From the NCBI RefSeq assembly GCF_006345805.1, contig NC_043002.1, positions 66,650,001 to 66,714,000 of the forward strand: 64,000 nucleotides of DNA, given 5' to 3'. Below are positions 38,801 to 53,513 of the stretch, one piece after another; position 1 is the stretch's first letter; every line of letters starts with the position of its first letter. This DNA comes from Octopus sinensis (taxonomy: Eukaryota). The notes beneath the pieces are model-generated. The model was given only the letters and a program-made list of their open reading frames with translations. It did no database searches and was not told the origin of the DNA. The translations under genes and the position numbers were made by a program.

Positions 38801-40158
38801 GTGAGTTTATTCCAGATCCTCCTCGAATTTCGCTCTACCATCTTCAGAAAGCAACGACACATAGAACAATGTCATCCTAGATACATTTATCACTATTAGT
38901 GCAACATATTTGATTGTAAGTTTGTTCTAACAGGATAACAACAATGCTTTTTCCAACGTTCTCAAGACCAAAAACAACCCACTCGTTTGTAGGTCCGCGG
39001 TAGATTTAGCTCTTACGGAAACTGTACTGATGACCTCTGAGATACTCAAGGTGATAAATGAGGTGATCGTTTACAGCAGCCTCCAGTAGTTTTAAGGTAT
39101 TGGCAGTGAGGGGGATCAAGTCGGTAGTTGGCCAGATCAGACAGGATATAAGATGTAATGAATGCATTAAAATACGTTAGCAGGATATAAATTCTTATCT
39201 TTAGTATATAGAAAGTATATTTATTTTCTGTGAAGTATTTCAACCATTTCTCATTAGTTATTTCGTTTGTTTTAGCTAAAACGATCAAGACAATTCTGAA
39301 GCTCTATCATTTACATAAAATAAATCTCCAGGAAGAAATGTAGAATCTGCAGAACTAATTTTTATAGTAAATTTTTTTTCCTGAAAGATAAAGAAAGGTA
39401 ACATATGTTTTCAGATCACAACTTTTTGGATTATTGGGTCTCAGAGTGGGGACATTAGAGAAGTCTTTTCCGTGTTTTCTCAAGATAAGAACGAAGTTTT
39501 AAGTATTTAGACGAGAGAGAAATTGAAATTGCGATAGCTATATCTTTCTCCAGAGCAATTAGCGTAAAAAATGAAACAGCTACAATCTGAAACGGAAACT
39601 TTACAAAAATTCAGTTTCCCGGTGTTGGGGGTTACATTCTTCAAAACACGGCGCTCGTACATATTTACCAGCCTTGCTACTTGCTTTTGTTTGTTTGAAA
39701 TCTTCTATACTGTCATCAAATTCAGCAGCTTTTCGTGTAAGATTATTTTTAGCTTTTCGTAGTCTCACCTTCACCCCATTACTTCAAACAGATAGATACC
39801 TCGTTTAACTGCTCCAGCTTACGACTATTAACAGCACAATCAACCTGAGTAATTTACAGAACACTATAACTTTAGTAAAATTCCTTAAATGCCACAGGCT
39901 ATAATTTTCATGGATTTCAGCACTGGATGACTCAAATATTTGTATTACAAGGGTTAGAGATGGGAAATTCTCCTTCGCAGAAATGTAAAAAGGCTAATTT
40001 TTCATAGAAACCAGCTGTAGTAGAGACAGCTGCTTGATGGGATTTGATATAAAGAAGTTTTGATGCTGGACTTATCCTTTTCATCAATAATGACGTTGTA
40101 TCTATCTTTCTAGTTTCTCTTTCCCCTTCATTCTCTCTGTCTCTCTCTCTTACTCTGT

Positions 40159-40223
<65 letters not shown>

Positions 40224-40225
<2 letters not shown>

Positions 40226-40636
40226 TTTTATTCTTTTATTCTTTTATTCTTTTACTCATTTACTTGTTTCAGTCATTTGACTCTGGCCATGCTGGAGCAC
40301 CGCCTTTTGTCGAGCAAATCGACCCCAGGACTTATTCTTTGTAAGCCTAGTACTTATTCTATCGGTCTCTTTTGCCGAAACGCTACGTTAGGGGACGTAA
40401 ACACACGGTTGTCAAGCGATGTTGGGGAGACAAAAATAGACACATAAACATACACACACACACGCACAAACACACACACACATACACAGGGCTTCTTTCA
40501 GTTTCCGTCTACCAAATCCACTCACAAAGCTTTAGTCGGACCAAGACTATAGTAGAAGACACATGCCCAAGGTGCCACGCAATGGGACTGAACCCGGAAC
40601 CATGTGGTCGGGAGGCAAACTACTTACTACACAGCT
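40224..40636 (-). mobile_element. SINE family A
   Basis: Reverse complement of the full element with a (TTTTATTC/TTTTACTC) tail. Confidence 0.88.
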
Positions 40637-40970
40637 ATATATATATATATGCGTGTGTGTGTGTGTGTGAGTGTGTGTGTATGTGTGTGCGTGTGTGCAT
40701 GTATATCTGCCTGTCTCTCAATCTATCTATCAGTCTATTTACCTACCTACCTACCCACCTGCCTACCTATCTACCTACCTACATACCTACCTGCCTATCT
40801 AGATATCGTCTGATTCATTGCTCAGTCTATTTCCCTCCTAATGTTTCAATCTTATCATTCAGTTTCATTTTGTCGTCTTATTTTGTTTTTCAACTTACTC
40901 TCTTACCCACACCATCTCTTGAGTTTCTTTTTCCCCTCTGTGCGTATATATATACATATATATATTAATA

Positions 40971-41144
<174 letters not shown>

Positions 41145-42049
41145 CAGAGAGGGGATACACATTTGCGTGCTCTTTACATGTGTGTTATGCATATGCACTC
41201 CTATGTATATGTGTGTGTGTGTATTAAATCCCATATATATTATATATATATATGTATATGTATGTATGTATGTATACATACATACGTACTTACAAATAAG
41301 TAAAAATACTCGGCATTTGCAGAGAATTAGACGTTTTAGTGCCTTGTATAAATACCTAAAACACTTCCAGCGATCCAAAAATAGCTACTATTGCTACTAC
41401 CAACACCACCACCATCACCACTACTACTACTACTTTCCCCCTCTTTGTAATCCAATAAATTGCCAAAACTTCCGATTTTTTTTTTTTACATACAATACAG
41501 CATTTACTATATTTATGAAGAATTTATATTAACTCTATATTAACTCCCACAGTCTACCGATTCTGTACACTAATTTCATTTTCTTTTTATTCTTCCATCC
41601 CGCCACCGTCTTTACCTTAAACAAAATAACTTTATTCTATGAAAAGTTTCTTGGCAAATTTGCAATTGTGCAATTTTCTTTTCAATTTTCAATTTTCCAA
41701 GTCAGCGAAGTTCATACAGTTGGACTACATCCCATATATATATATATGTATATATGTATTTAAATATATACATATGTATTTAAATATATATATATATTAT
41801 GTGGGAAGGTAATCTCCCTTTACTGAAGAGATCTCTAGTGTATTCCAAACTGTGAATATTTGTTGTTTTATTATTGATGTTGTTTATTCACAGGTTAAGC
41901 CTGATAGAGTTGATCCACGATCAAAGATATTGTAGCTAGTTATGATCATCCCGTTCTTTAGTGGGGTGTATTGGATTACAGTAGCCATTATGTCTTTTTC
42001 TTTATTTTAAGACAGCGGTGTGTAATTTGATGGCTATATAGCTGCCGTG

Positions 42050-42270
42050 TATGTCTGAAAGCACGTGGCAAGAACGTGGTTTGAATTCCTGGTTCAGGCA
42101 GTGTGTTGTGTTCTTAAGCAAGACACTTCATTTCGTGTTGCTCCAGTCCATTCAGCTGTAAATGAATAATCCTGCAACGGAATGGCATCCCGTTCAAGGG
42201 GAATGTTGTGATCTTGATCATTCATACATCACGGAAACCGAGTGACCGGCCATATTGGTCCTAGGGCTCG
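42050..42270 (+). mobile_element. SINE family C, diverged
   Basis: gtgttgtgttcttaagcaagacacttcatttcgtgttgctccagtccattcagctg. Confidence 0.7.
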
Positions 42271-43394
42271 AGTCACTTCGTATTTACCTATTAACTGTCA
42301 TTTGTAATAGATCGTGCGGTTACGTAAAGGCTTCCTCCTTGGAACCATAAATTACGATAAATCCTATTTTCTTCTCGAATAGAGTTATAGTTTGGTGTTA
42401 ATGTCCTGAAATCGATACTGTTGATATCCTTGGAAATCTGCCGAGGTGTTCATATGTTGCTAAAGATCTCTGAATGAATTAGGTGATCTCTACACGATAA
42501 CTTGAAAATGTTTTACGGAACAGCACTCAAGGAACAGAGCTTTTGATAGTTTGGCGAACGTCAATGGTTTGACTAAAACGGATTCATATCCAGAAAGCAA
42601 ATTCCATGCAAAGATACGTGAAAAAAGAGACAAGAATAACGTTAGTATAAAGATTGTGTAATTCACCGTAAGATCAGAGATACCTCGTTCCTGTTTTAAG
42701 GTAGTAGACTTTATCCATTGCTCGGTTTAATACCACTACATAGTCTATCGATAGCCACACAATTCATTGGTACCTTTAGCAGAGTCCACTCTATTGTAAG
42801 CATTTCGGACAGATATCCCGTCTGACCACAACTTCTTCCCTTCCTCTCGCAAGTCATAGAAATATTGAAAATAGTCATGGTTCCTGCTTTTCGTCTTCTG
42901 ACTAAGCCATTAAAAAAATTATAATTATAAGACCAAGTCTTCCATTGTGTCCTCGCGGCTCAACGCAACACCGACTTTTAAATAAAAGGCTTTTGCTTTG
43001 AAGAATCTACGAAGGTACGCGGATGATTTGAATATATCCTTGCCTGTAGCGTAGCGATGGCTAACGACTTAATGGATAAAAATTCAACAAGCTCTCAAGC
43101 AGAAACTGAAAAAAAGTGTTGTAAAATAGAACATTTTAAGAGAGAGTAACAAATAGAAGAAACACATTAAATTTCCTTCATTGCTGACATCATATTTACT
43201 GTCACCATCTTGATTATATTATTTAACTATTTTGACGTTTCCAAATAAATGTTGATGCTTTCTTTAGATACAAATTTCTGTCACCAAATTAGTTGTTATA
43301 AGTAACTGTTTCAGTTTTGAACTCGTTTTGCAAGAATTTTTATCGGAAATCAAGTGTTGAAAGCAATATTGTTATATTTGGGAAGCGTCATAAT

Positions 43395-43612
43395 TGAAGG
43401 TATCGAATTTTGGCACAATGCCAGCAAGTTCGGAGGAAGGAAAATGGCAAATTATAACGACTCCAATGTTCCACTGGTATTTATTTTATCGGTCCTGAAA
43501 GGGATGAAAAGCAAAGTCACCCTCGGTGAATTTGAACTCAGAACGTATAGACAGACAAATACTGCTGAGCATTTTGCCCAGCGTGTTAACGATTCTACTA
43601 GCTCGCTGCCTT
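43395..43612 (-). mobile_element. SINE family B
   Basis: gaatttgaactcagaacgtatagacagacaaatactgctgagcattttgccc. Confidence 0.78.
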
Positions 43613-44469
43613 ATGGGAATTAATTAATTATGAGATTTTATTAATTATGACTGTTTATATGCTTTATCACTTATGGGAAGAACCATGATCAATAAAGTCA
43701 CTTGATGTTGCTCGTCTATATTTCACCTTTTCTCTCTTTTTTCAATATATTTGATGTTGGTTTATATCACCCAAAAATATGTTTTTCTAAAGCAATCTGT
43801 AGCTTTCTTGATGGTTAAACATTTTTTCCATTAAAAGGTAAAATATAGACAAATCTAGAAAACTACAGACTAGTGTAGCGAAAATAGTTTGGAGATGCAT
43901 AAACAGGTGTCAAATGCATTGGAAAAGAAAGAGGTATGAAATATAGACCAGCAACAACCGATGAGTATATTTACTCCTTTATTCATTTGTAATTTTTTTT
44001 TTGCTCTAGGACTCATAAGACCTTGTTTCATGGCGAATATGTGACAGAGACCCCATTTCCCAGAAGAGAAATCTGCTCAATTGCAGGGCTCAAGTTAGCA
44101 ATTTTTGAGGGAGATTACAAGACGATTACATCGTCCCCCTGCACGTGACTGATACTTTGGTTCATCGACCCTGAAAGGATGAAAGGTAAATTTGACTTCA
44201 TAGGGATTGTTTAACTGATAACATAAAGAGCCGGAAGAAATGACAGTAAGCATTTTGTTCGACGATTTAACGGTTCTGCCGCGGCACGCCGTCTGAAGAT
44301 TCTTCCCAAATATAACAATATGTTATTTCAATTAGATATTGCTTAATAGAAAAATAATAGTAGTGATTTTTTTTCTTTAGAAAGTAAAAATTTATCACGT
44401 GTACGTACCAATAGTCAATTGAATGGACCCAAGTGCATGACTGGTAACATTCTTATAAGCAAGACATAC

Positions 44470-44680
44470 AAAGGCGACGAGCTGGCAGAATCGTTAACTC
44501 GCCGGGCAAAATGCTTAGCGGCATTTCGTCCGTCTTTATGTTCTGAACTCAAATTCCGTCGAGGTTGTCTTTGCCTTTCATCCTTTCAGGGTCGATAAAA
44601 TAAGTACCAGCTAAACGCTGGGGCCGATGAATTCGACTTACCCTCACTCCGAAATTGCTGGCCTTGTGCCTAAATTTGTA
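44470..44680 (+). mobile_element. SINE family B, near full length
   Basis: ggcgacgagctggcagaatcgttaac head to the gaaattgctggccttgtgcctaaatttg tail. Confidence 0.88.
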
Positions 44681-44700
44681 ATTTATAATCAATAATTATT

Positions 44701-45128
44701 AGGCGCAGGAAAGGCTGTGTGGTAAGTAGCTTGCTTATCAACCACATGGTTCCGGGTTCAGTCCCACTGCGTGGCACCTTGGGCAAGTGTCTTCTACTAT
44801 AGCCTCGAGCCGACCAAAGTCTTGTGAGTGGATTTGGTAGACAGAAACTGAAAGAAGCCCGTCGTATATATGTATATATATATATATATATATATGTGTG
44901 GTGTGTGTGTGTGTGTGTGTTGTGTGTCCCCTCCCCCAACATCGCTTGACAACCGATGCTGGTGTGTTTACGTCCCCCGTCACTTAGCGGTTCGGCAAAA
45001 GAAACCGATAGAATAAGTACTCGGCTTACAAAGAATAAGTCCTTGGGTCGATGTCCTCGACTGAAGGCGGTGCTCCAGCATGGCCATAGTCAAATGACTG
45101 AAACAAGTAAAAGAGTAAAAGAGAGTAA
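44701..45128 (+). mobile_element. SINE family A, intact
   Basis: Complete head to gagtaaaagagag tail. Confidence 0.9.
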
Positions 45129-45852
45129 GACAAAAATCAAAGCATATTTCACTGGCAGGGGACACTTTTTAAAAAAATGTAGTAAATCCACAATCCAGAG
45201 AAGTGCCATGCGATTAGAAATCGCTGGTCACGTGAAGTGGATTCGTTTCACTCTTCTTACGTTGTTTCAAACTATTCAGAAATTGAGACCAAATGAGTTT
45301 TTGTCGTTCAAATACGACGCTTGAGGCAATTATAATTGGAATGTTTTAAATTCTTAAATGTTGTTTTTATTTTCTATCTTTTAACACATTACCGAATCTT
45401 ACCTTACAAATCAGAAAAATTCAAACAGAACAATACGAAAAAGAAAACCTTAACATCTCTCCTTCGTTACTGCCCCGGTTTATTCCTTATCGCGAATAAA
45501 CCGGAGCAGAAATGAAGACTGTTGTACAATTTTAATTTAACGGATAATAATACTTGTCGCTATCATTTTAAAAGATTTCAGTGTAGTAAAATCTTTCTAC
45601 TGGTCTTAAGTAAACAAACGAGTTTACTAAGCATACAATGTCAGTTAACTACGACAACGTTATAAAGACTTTACTTGAAAGGTTGTTTTCACAAAGCGCT
45701 TGGCATTTGTATGCTATTATCTTTTTGAGTGTCAAACGGGAAGATGGAGGTGTATACTCGATCTACGAACACGAAAAAAAGGCGCACACGCACACATGAT
45801 CATATGCATATACACACACACACATACATATGCATAAATAAATATGTATATG

Positions 45853-45884
<32 letters not shown>

Positions 45885-46036
45885 AATACACATAGCAACA
45901 CGCACACAGACACATACATGGTATATAGATAGGTATACATATGATCACACATGATCATATGCACATACACGTACATATACATAAATATTATGTGTGTATA
46001 TATATATGTATATATATGTATATATATATATATATA

Positions 46037-46098
<62 letters not shown>

Positions 46099-46100
<2 letters not shown>

Positions 46101-46431
46101 GCTGAGACCCCCTTCGGTCATGACTGACCATGAGATTGCACCTAGAAAGTTACCCTCAAAATCATAAGTCTAGGCAAAGTTGTTTATGGAAAACCAGCAG
46201 TCGCCCATACATACCACCCTCCCTCTCCACGCGACCAGTGTTATCCAAGGGAAAGGCAAAGACAGATACAGCTTGGCGCCTGTGACGTCAAGACTCATTT
46301 CTACAGCTAAGTGAACTGAAGCAACGTGAAATAAAGTGTCTTGCTCCAGAACACAACACGCAGCCTGGTCCTGGATTCGAGCCCACAACCTCACTATCGT
46401 AAGCTCGACGCTCTAACTACTGAGCCTTCAC
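46099..46431 (-). mobile_element. SINE family C variant, near full length, within (TA)n
   Basis: Reverse complement of the 56161 copy plus an intact tRNA head. Confidence 0.85.
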
Positions 46432-46451
46432 TATATATATATATATATATA

Positions 46452-46486
<35 letters not shown>

Positions 46487-46671
46487 AATTTGGGATTTTA
46501 CCAATGGAACCGCAACTCCTATTTCAGGATAACCTCATGGTATGGTATACACAGAGAAAGTTACATCCCCCAAAATAATTAAAGCAGTTAAAATAGCCTA
46601 ATATAAAATTAGTTACCAAAAAATATAACTTACCTGATATTAGTCTGTGGGGAAAGAAGGTATTTCTAATC

Positions 46672-46756
46672 AACGCTACACGTAATTCTGCGCTGGTGGG
46701 GTGTGTATCAAGGCTACACCTAATATATAAATCCACCAGTGCGTCCTCAGGCTATT
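46672..46756 (-). ncRNA. Degenerate hammerhead with a 10-bp stem II
   Basis: Reverse complement AGC-CTGAGGA-C-GCACTGGTGG(33 nt)CCACCAGCGC-A-GAAT-TACGTGT-A-GC; GAAA mutated to GAAT. Confidence 0.5.
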
Positions 46757-46758
46757 TA

Positions 46759-46867
<109 letters not shown>

Positions 46868-47594
46868 TACGAGTCAAAGTTAAAAATACATATTAAAAAT
46901 CATATTAAAAAAAATATAGAAATTACAAATATATTTAAAAAATTAAACACCTAAATTACAATTCCGATATATATAGAAAATGCTAAACCTAAGGAAAAGC
47001 TTCAACTACTAAATTAGAAACACACCAAATCCTGCAACATATCTAAATACACATGGAAATTAATAATTTAGTGTAAGATTTACCCCTATCCATATAAGTA
47101 TTAAAAAAACCATGTTAAGTAAGTTAATAGTGTTTAATTAAGATTATTTAGTAAAAACCACTACGTACGTTATAATGTTATTGAATAAAACTAGTAAAAA
47201 ATTTTTTAAAGGTAGAGTACTTATCGACATAATGTTTACTCCTTCTAGTTCAAGTGCAAATGGCCGCCCCCACTGTCATGCGCTAAGTATTATGGAAACA
47301 ACACAGATAAAATATAACACTTTGAAAAATTCTCTAAAACTAATAATATTAAAGCGATTGAATTCAAAGGGAGATAATAACTAGAAATAACTGGATTTTT
47401 TAAATTGTTTTAGATTTAGAGATTTATGTTAGATAAATGTATCCTGTCTATTTCTTTTAAGGTAATATTGTTTCATAAATTCTTGATTCTTGGTATATCC
47501 ATATATAATACTACTATAAATACTATTATAACTTCTATTAACTACCTTCCTTATAATTGTGTAAGAGATGAAATACTGGGTAGGGGTTACAATT

Positions 47595-47848
47595 TTATAT
47601 ATTTTTCATTTTATTATATGTAAAGTAATTCTTATGTCGGAATTCTATTCCCCTCTCTTCAATACTGTTCAGTAATAACTCTCTCAACTGGAGTATTTTC
47701 ATAAACTCTGTTGTGCATAATAAGCACATTTTATTACCTATTCTATATGACTTCGCTCTACAAATAATATTCCAATTAAGGGTGTATTCTATTTTATTAG
47801 ATTTTAACTCCCATATGTATTTACTTAGACCTGTCGAATTTTATTATT
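47595..47848 (-). pseudogene. PLE ORF C-terminus (region distal to the GIY-YIG endonuclease core)
   Basis: NSTGLSKYIWELKSNKIEYTLNWNIICRAKSYRIGNKMCLLCTTEFMKIL..LLN..FRHKNYF*, typical of PLE ends; not in the ORF track. Confidence 0.8.
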
Positions 47849-47876
47849 AATATTTTATATATATATATATACATAA

Positions 47877-49337
47877 ATGTACATGGATGACTTAAAGCTC
47901 TTTTCAAAAAATGACCAACAACAGGGCTTACTAACAATTGTTAAGCAATTCAGAGATGACATCAGGGTACTATGCGGCCTCGATAAATGTGCAAAAGCTA
48001 CCTTTATCAAAGGAAAAATGATAGAAAGATCCAACGTTAATCTTAACCAACAGAATGTCATAAAGGCGTTAGAACCAGCAGTGAGCTACAAATACCTAAG
48101 GGTATTTGAAGGTGATGGAATCAAAAATTCAATGATGAGGGAAAGGATCAGACGAGAATGTTATCAAAGGGAAAGAGCAATGCTCAAGACAGAGCTAAAT
48201 GCAAGAAACAGGAAAGAAGCGATCAATACTTTAGCAATACCGATCGTGACTTACAGTTTCAATATCTTTAACTGGTCAATAACTGAAATACGAAAATTGT
48301 TGGCAATGCATAGAATGCATTACCCTAAGGCAGATTTAGAACGGCTTTACCTGCCAAGAAAAGAGGGACGCCGTGGACTTTTACGACTGGAATTAACAAT
48401 GAAGATTGTCACAATTGGCCGAAATACCTACCTGAAAAACTCTGATGACTGGATGTTAAAACTTGTCTTAAAGCATGAAAACAAGAAAGCATCAAACTCA
48501 GCAACAAAACAGGCTAAGGAATATCTAAGTGAATTCTGAATACAACAAATCCCAGAATTAGACGTACTGGAAACAAGCACAGAAAAAGCTAAGCATATGA
48601 AAACCCGTGCTAAAACTGCTGCCTTAGGTATTCTTACTGATAAATGACAAGAAAAACCTCTCACAGGCAAATACCCAAAGAGAGCAAATAATGCTGATGT
48701 TGACAAAGCGCTTACTCATCAATGGTTAGTGTCTTCTGGCTTAAAATCAAAAACAGAAGGCTTTATTATAGCAGTCCAAGATCAAAGTCTACCTAAAAGG
48801 AGCTACCAGGCCAACACATTAAAGAAAGGCGGTCGCTCAACATATCGTGTATGTAAACAACAAAATGAAACCATTGATCAGGTTGTCTCCATGCGCAGTC
48901 TTCTTGCACCTACAGAGTATCTCAACAGACATGATAGAGACGCACAATATATTCACTGAGTAATTTTCAAAAACCTGGATCTGTCGCATAATAAAAACTG
49001 GATGTTGAAATGATCATGTTGGAAATTATCACATCTCACTCTTCTAGAACTTCACCGTTCAAACTGACAGAAAGATAGATGCAAATAGGCCAGACATTAT
49101 ATTGAAAGACTTCAGGCAAAACTCATGGCTCCTCACTGTCTATGTAATCTGAAATTTTAAAAACAAACTTATTATTTTCTTATGTTTTCTTAAACATTCT
49201 CTAGAACAATACTATGTGCAAAACCAAATATATGACACCCTAGACATAATACCAACTTGAACTCCTAACTTGTTGTCTCTTGAGGTCATGGATGAGACTT
49301 GGAGTCAACTTGTACAAATACAAATCAAAAGTCAAAC
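47877..49337 (+). mobile_element. R4/Dong-clade non-LTR retrotransposon copy A (5'-truncated, decayed)
   Basis: YMDDLKLF, YKYL, INTLAIP, RLYLPRKEGRRGL, EGFIIAVQDQSL, ANRPDII motifs; ends in (AAT)n. Confidence 0.88.
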
Positions 49338-49405
<68 letters not shown>

Positions 49406-49412
49406 TAATAAT

Positions 49413-52121
49413 AACATCACAGAAAAAGATTTGCCGGAGATAAAAGAAAAGCTGAAGCAAGATATCCTTGCCAAAGCTCAAAGGATCCGCCGGTACGAGA
49501 AACGCCAACGCTTCTTTGAACAGAACAAAAAGTTCAACTCCAACCCCAAAAAGTTCTACCAAGAACTGGGAAAAAATAAAATAGAAGTCACTGCAGCACC
49601 AACGGCAGAAGAATAGGAAGAATTCTGGAGAGAAATATGGTCGGCGAACGAACAGCCAAAAAAAAAGGAGTATCAAAATAACAAACTCGGCATCTGAATA
49701 ACTTTGGACCCCCATAACAACTGAAGAGGTCACCCAGGCACTGCAGAAACTAAGCAACTGGAAGGCACCTGGGCATGACAAGATCCCCAACTTCTGGTTG
49801 AAATATCTAACAGGAATGCAACAAAAAGCTGGCTGAAAACTTTAACAGCATACTAGCAGAGCCAGAGACAATGCCTGAATGGCTCACGAAGGTGAAAACC
49901 ATCTTAATTCCAAACTCAAATGAAACAGAAAAACCAGAAAACTACAGACCAATAACCTGCCTCCCTACTATGTTCAAGGCATTTACTGCAGTGATATCGC
50001 AAAGGCTGAACAAGCACCTGGACGAAAACAAACTGTTCCCAGAAGAGCAGAAAGGATGCCGCAAAGCTCATATGGCTGTAAAGATCAACTAATGATTAAT
50101 AAAGCCGTAACTGAAGACAGCCACAGAAAGAAGAAAGGCCTCAGTATGGCCTGGATTGACTACAAAAAGGCGTTTGATAGCATCCCCCACACATGGATCC
50201 TCGAAACACTAGCCATTAACAAAGAAGTAGCACCAACAATCATAAAATTCATAGAGCACTCTATGAATAAATGGCAAACAGTTCCTACACCTCCAAACAA
50301 AAGAGGGACTCATGAAAACCAAAGACATCCCCATTAGAAGAGGAATATTCCAGGGAGACACGCTCTCTCCACTCCTTTTCTGCTTAGCATGTCACCTCTA
50401 TCTGATATGCTAATAGAACTGGATGCGGATATAAATGTTACGGCAAAACGATCAGCCACCTTTTATATATGGATGACCTAAAACTATACGCTGCAAATGA
50501 CAAACAGCTGGAAACACTATTAAAGACAGTTCATGGATTTACCAAAGAAATAGATATGAAATTTTGATTAGAAAAATGCGCCAAAGTAACCATGAAAGAG
50601 AGAAAAACTAGTTAAGAGTAACAACATCACACTAGATAAAACCAATGAATAAAAGAATTAGACCAAAGCCAACTTACAAATACTTAGGAATCCATGAACT
50701 AGATAAGACACACCACACACAAATGAAAGAGAAAATAAAAAAAGAATATTATAGACGAGTTAGATCAATACTAAAAACAGAGCTCAATGCTAAAAACAAG
50801 ATAATAGGTATCAACACTTTAGCTGTCCCAGTTATAAGTTACAGCTACAATATCCTTAACTGGACACGAAATGAACTGTCCAAAATAGATAGGAAAACAA
50901 GAAAAATACTGACAGAATCTAGGATGCATCACCCAAAATCTGACATAGAAAGACTATATATACAACGTATAGAAGGTGGTAGAGGCCTTATACAGCTGGA
51001 AAACTACTATAAAATAACCAACCATAGGACTGCAAAAATACCTACTTCAGAAGGAAGGAAAACTGATCCAGATAGCAGCAAAACACGAGCAAAACAAAAA
51101 AACTGTTCTCAGTATTTAAGGAAGCTGACAAATACAAACAAGAAATCATACCACCTAATAAACACGAAGAAGAGAAGAGATGATGAAGAACAACAAAAGC
51201 TATAAAACAAATGAAATCCAAACAAAAATAGAACAGCAACGAACCATGATAAAACGATGGCAAGAAAAGCCCCTTCATGGTAAATACTGCACTAAACTAA
51301 ACGCAAAAGAAATAGACAAAGAAAAATCCCAGCAATGGTTGAGAAGCTCAGGACTCAAAGCAGAAACAGAGGGATTTTTAATTGCAGCACAAGACCAAAG
51401 CCTCCCCACCAGAAATTACCAAAAAACATGTCATGAAAAGAAATATTACAAGTAACTGCAGAATATGTGGAGATGGACAAGAAACAATAAATCATATTAT
51501 CTCTAGCTGCCCAGTCCTGGCTAAGAAGGAATATATTCACAGACATGACAGAGTTGGAACCTACATACATTGGAAGAATGCCAACATTATGGAATGACAA
51601 CAGAAAAAAGATGGTATAGGCACACACCAGAAAAGGTCACAGAAAAGAGAAAGCAACCATACTCTGGGATATGCCGATACACACAGATAGAGAAATTAAG
51701 GCCAACAGACCAGATATAGTTGTCAGAGATCATGAAGAAAAAAATGCTTTCTAATTGATGTATCAATACCGGCAGATGACAACGTTGGTCTCTAAAAGAA
51801 ATGGAGAAGCTCTCAAAATACAAAGACCTGGAAATAGAGGTAACTAGAATGTGGAATCTGAAAACAGAAACAATTCCTATCATAGTAGGTGCATTAGGCA
51901 TGATAAAAAATATTCAGACAAATACATAACAAAAACACCAGGACTTACAAACACATATAACATACAGAAATTGCACTACTAGGCACTGCACACATCCTAC
52001 GCAGAACACTTTCCATACAAAAACATCAGAGCATCACAAACAATCACAGCACATACCCAAGGCACACAGAGCTGCGTCGGTAGTCGTGAAGTGAAGCACG
52101 CTATAAAAAATCAAACTACTG
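49413..52121 (+). mobile_element. R4/Dong-clade non-LTR retrotransposon copy B (RT, zinc knuckle, REL endonuclease; frameshifted)
   Basis: KAPGHDKIPNFWLK, ENYRPITCLPT, WIDYKKAFDSIPH, GIFQGDTLSP, YMDD at 50466-50477, CRICGDGQETINHIISSCP, ANRPDIVV..LIDVSIP; (AAT)n on both sides. Confidence 0.92.
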
Positions 52122-52283
52122 AATAATAATAATAATAATAATAATAAGAAGAAGAAGAAGAAGAAAGAAGAAGAAGAAGAAAGAAGAAGAAGAAGAAGAA
52201 GAAGAAGAAGAAGAAGAAGAAGAAGAAAAGTGATAATAATAATATTGATAATTATTATTATTGTTGTTATTATTATTATTATT

Positions 52284-53215
52284 CCTTCGTAATACAATGT
52301 AGCTAAAAATGCATCGGAGTCTTTAATCATCTGTCAAGTCACAACAAGGACCTCAGACAGATAATACTTTCCTTAAGATGTGCGCTGAGCCCAATAAGGC
52401 TGCTTTTTGCAAGACATCAAACTTGCATGGGATTTCCAGTTGCCTTAAGAAATTTTGAAGTTTCAATGGGATTGAGCCCAGCGCTCTGATCACCACTGGT
52501 ATCACTTTTACATTACCCTCTCGCATTCCATACAGTCTTGCCAATTCCACTTTCGATTCGGAATACTTGGTGAATTTTTCAACCTCTTTACTCGCAACAT
52601 ACATGTCATTTGGTATGGCTACATCGATGATCTGACAGTATTTGTCTCTCTTATTCAATATGACAATGTCCGGCCGATGGTGTTCGATTACACGATCCGT
52701 CTGAAAATCATAGTAAACGATACCAGAGTATCGTTACTTTTCCATCCTTCTGTATAACTTTACTTGGTACATGCTCATACCAGTTCTCTGTTACTTCGTA
52801 TTGGTATTTACGGCATAAGAACCTGTGAAAACACACACCACACACACACTTTATCGTGGCGGCGCTTGCATTCCTTTTGTGCAAGGCTCTCATATCCACT
52901 TATGAAGTGGGTCACATTTTCCACACTCTTTCCACAGATTCTGTATTTCTGGGTGTCAGAAGTTTTATAGATGTTATACTTCACTGACTTGGTAGCGAGA
53001 TCCTGGCCTTGTGCAGCAATGATCAGGCTTTCGGTGGTACGAATCAAATCACCTCGCTCAAGCCATGCCCACGAAGCTGTATTATCCCTAAAGTCCTGTG
53101 TATTCCTTTCAAACTACCCATGCATTCTCATTTCAAGAAGGTCCTCTTTTCTTTTCTCTTCTCAGCTCTTTGGTAAAACTTTTCCTTGCCCATCATTTCA
53201 TCGGCATTTATACCT
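52284..53215 (-). mobile_element. R4/Dong-clade copy C (3' part), tail-to-tail with copy B
   Basis: ESLIIAAQGQDL, RRHDKV, RPDIVI..IIDVAIP, LQKAALLGSAHILRKVLSV; TAA tracts on both sides. Confidence 0.88.
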
Positions 53216-53323
53216 ATATTAAAATTTGTAGATATCTAAGGCTACAGGTAGTAACCCACTACCAATATAGATCCTATCAGGATTAAGACCGAACTTAAAT
53301 CAAACCAAATAATAATAATAATA

Positions 53324-53361
<38 letters not shown>

Positions 53362-53376
53362 AATAATAATAATAAT

Positions 53377-53434
<58 letters not shown>

Positions 53435-53471
53435 TAATCTCGCCGAGATTTTGAAGAAAGAAGGAAAAAAC

Positions 53472-53510
<39 letters not shown>

Positions 53511-53513
<3 letters not shown>

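Noticed and set aside
39028-39065. CTGATGA followed by a hairpin
   Set aside because: No GAAA or cleavage triplet after the stem.
53435-53449. Perfect 7-bp hairpin AATCTCG-C-CGAGATT between TAA tracts
   Set aside because: Short enough to occur by chance and no second copy.
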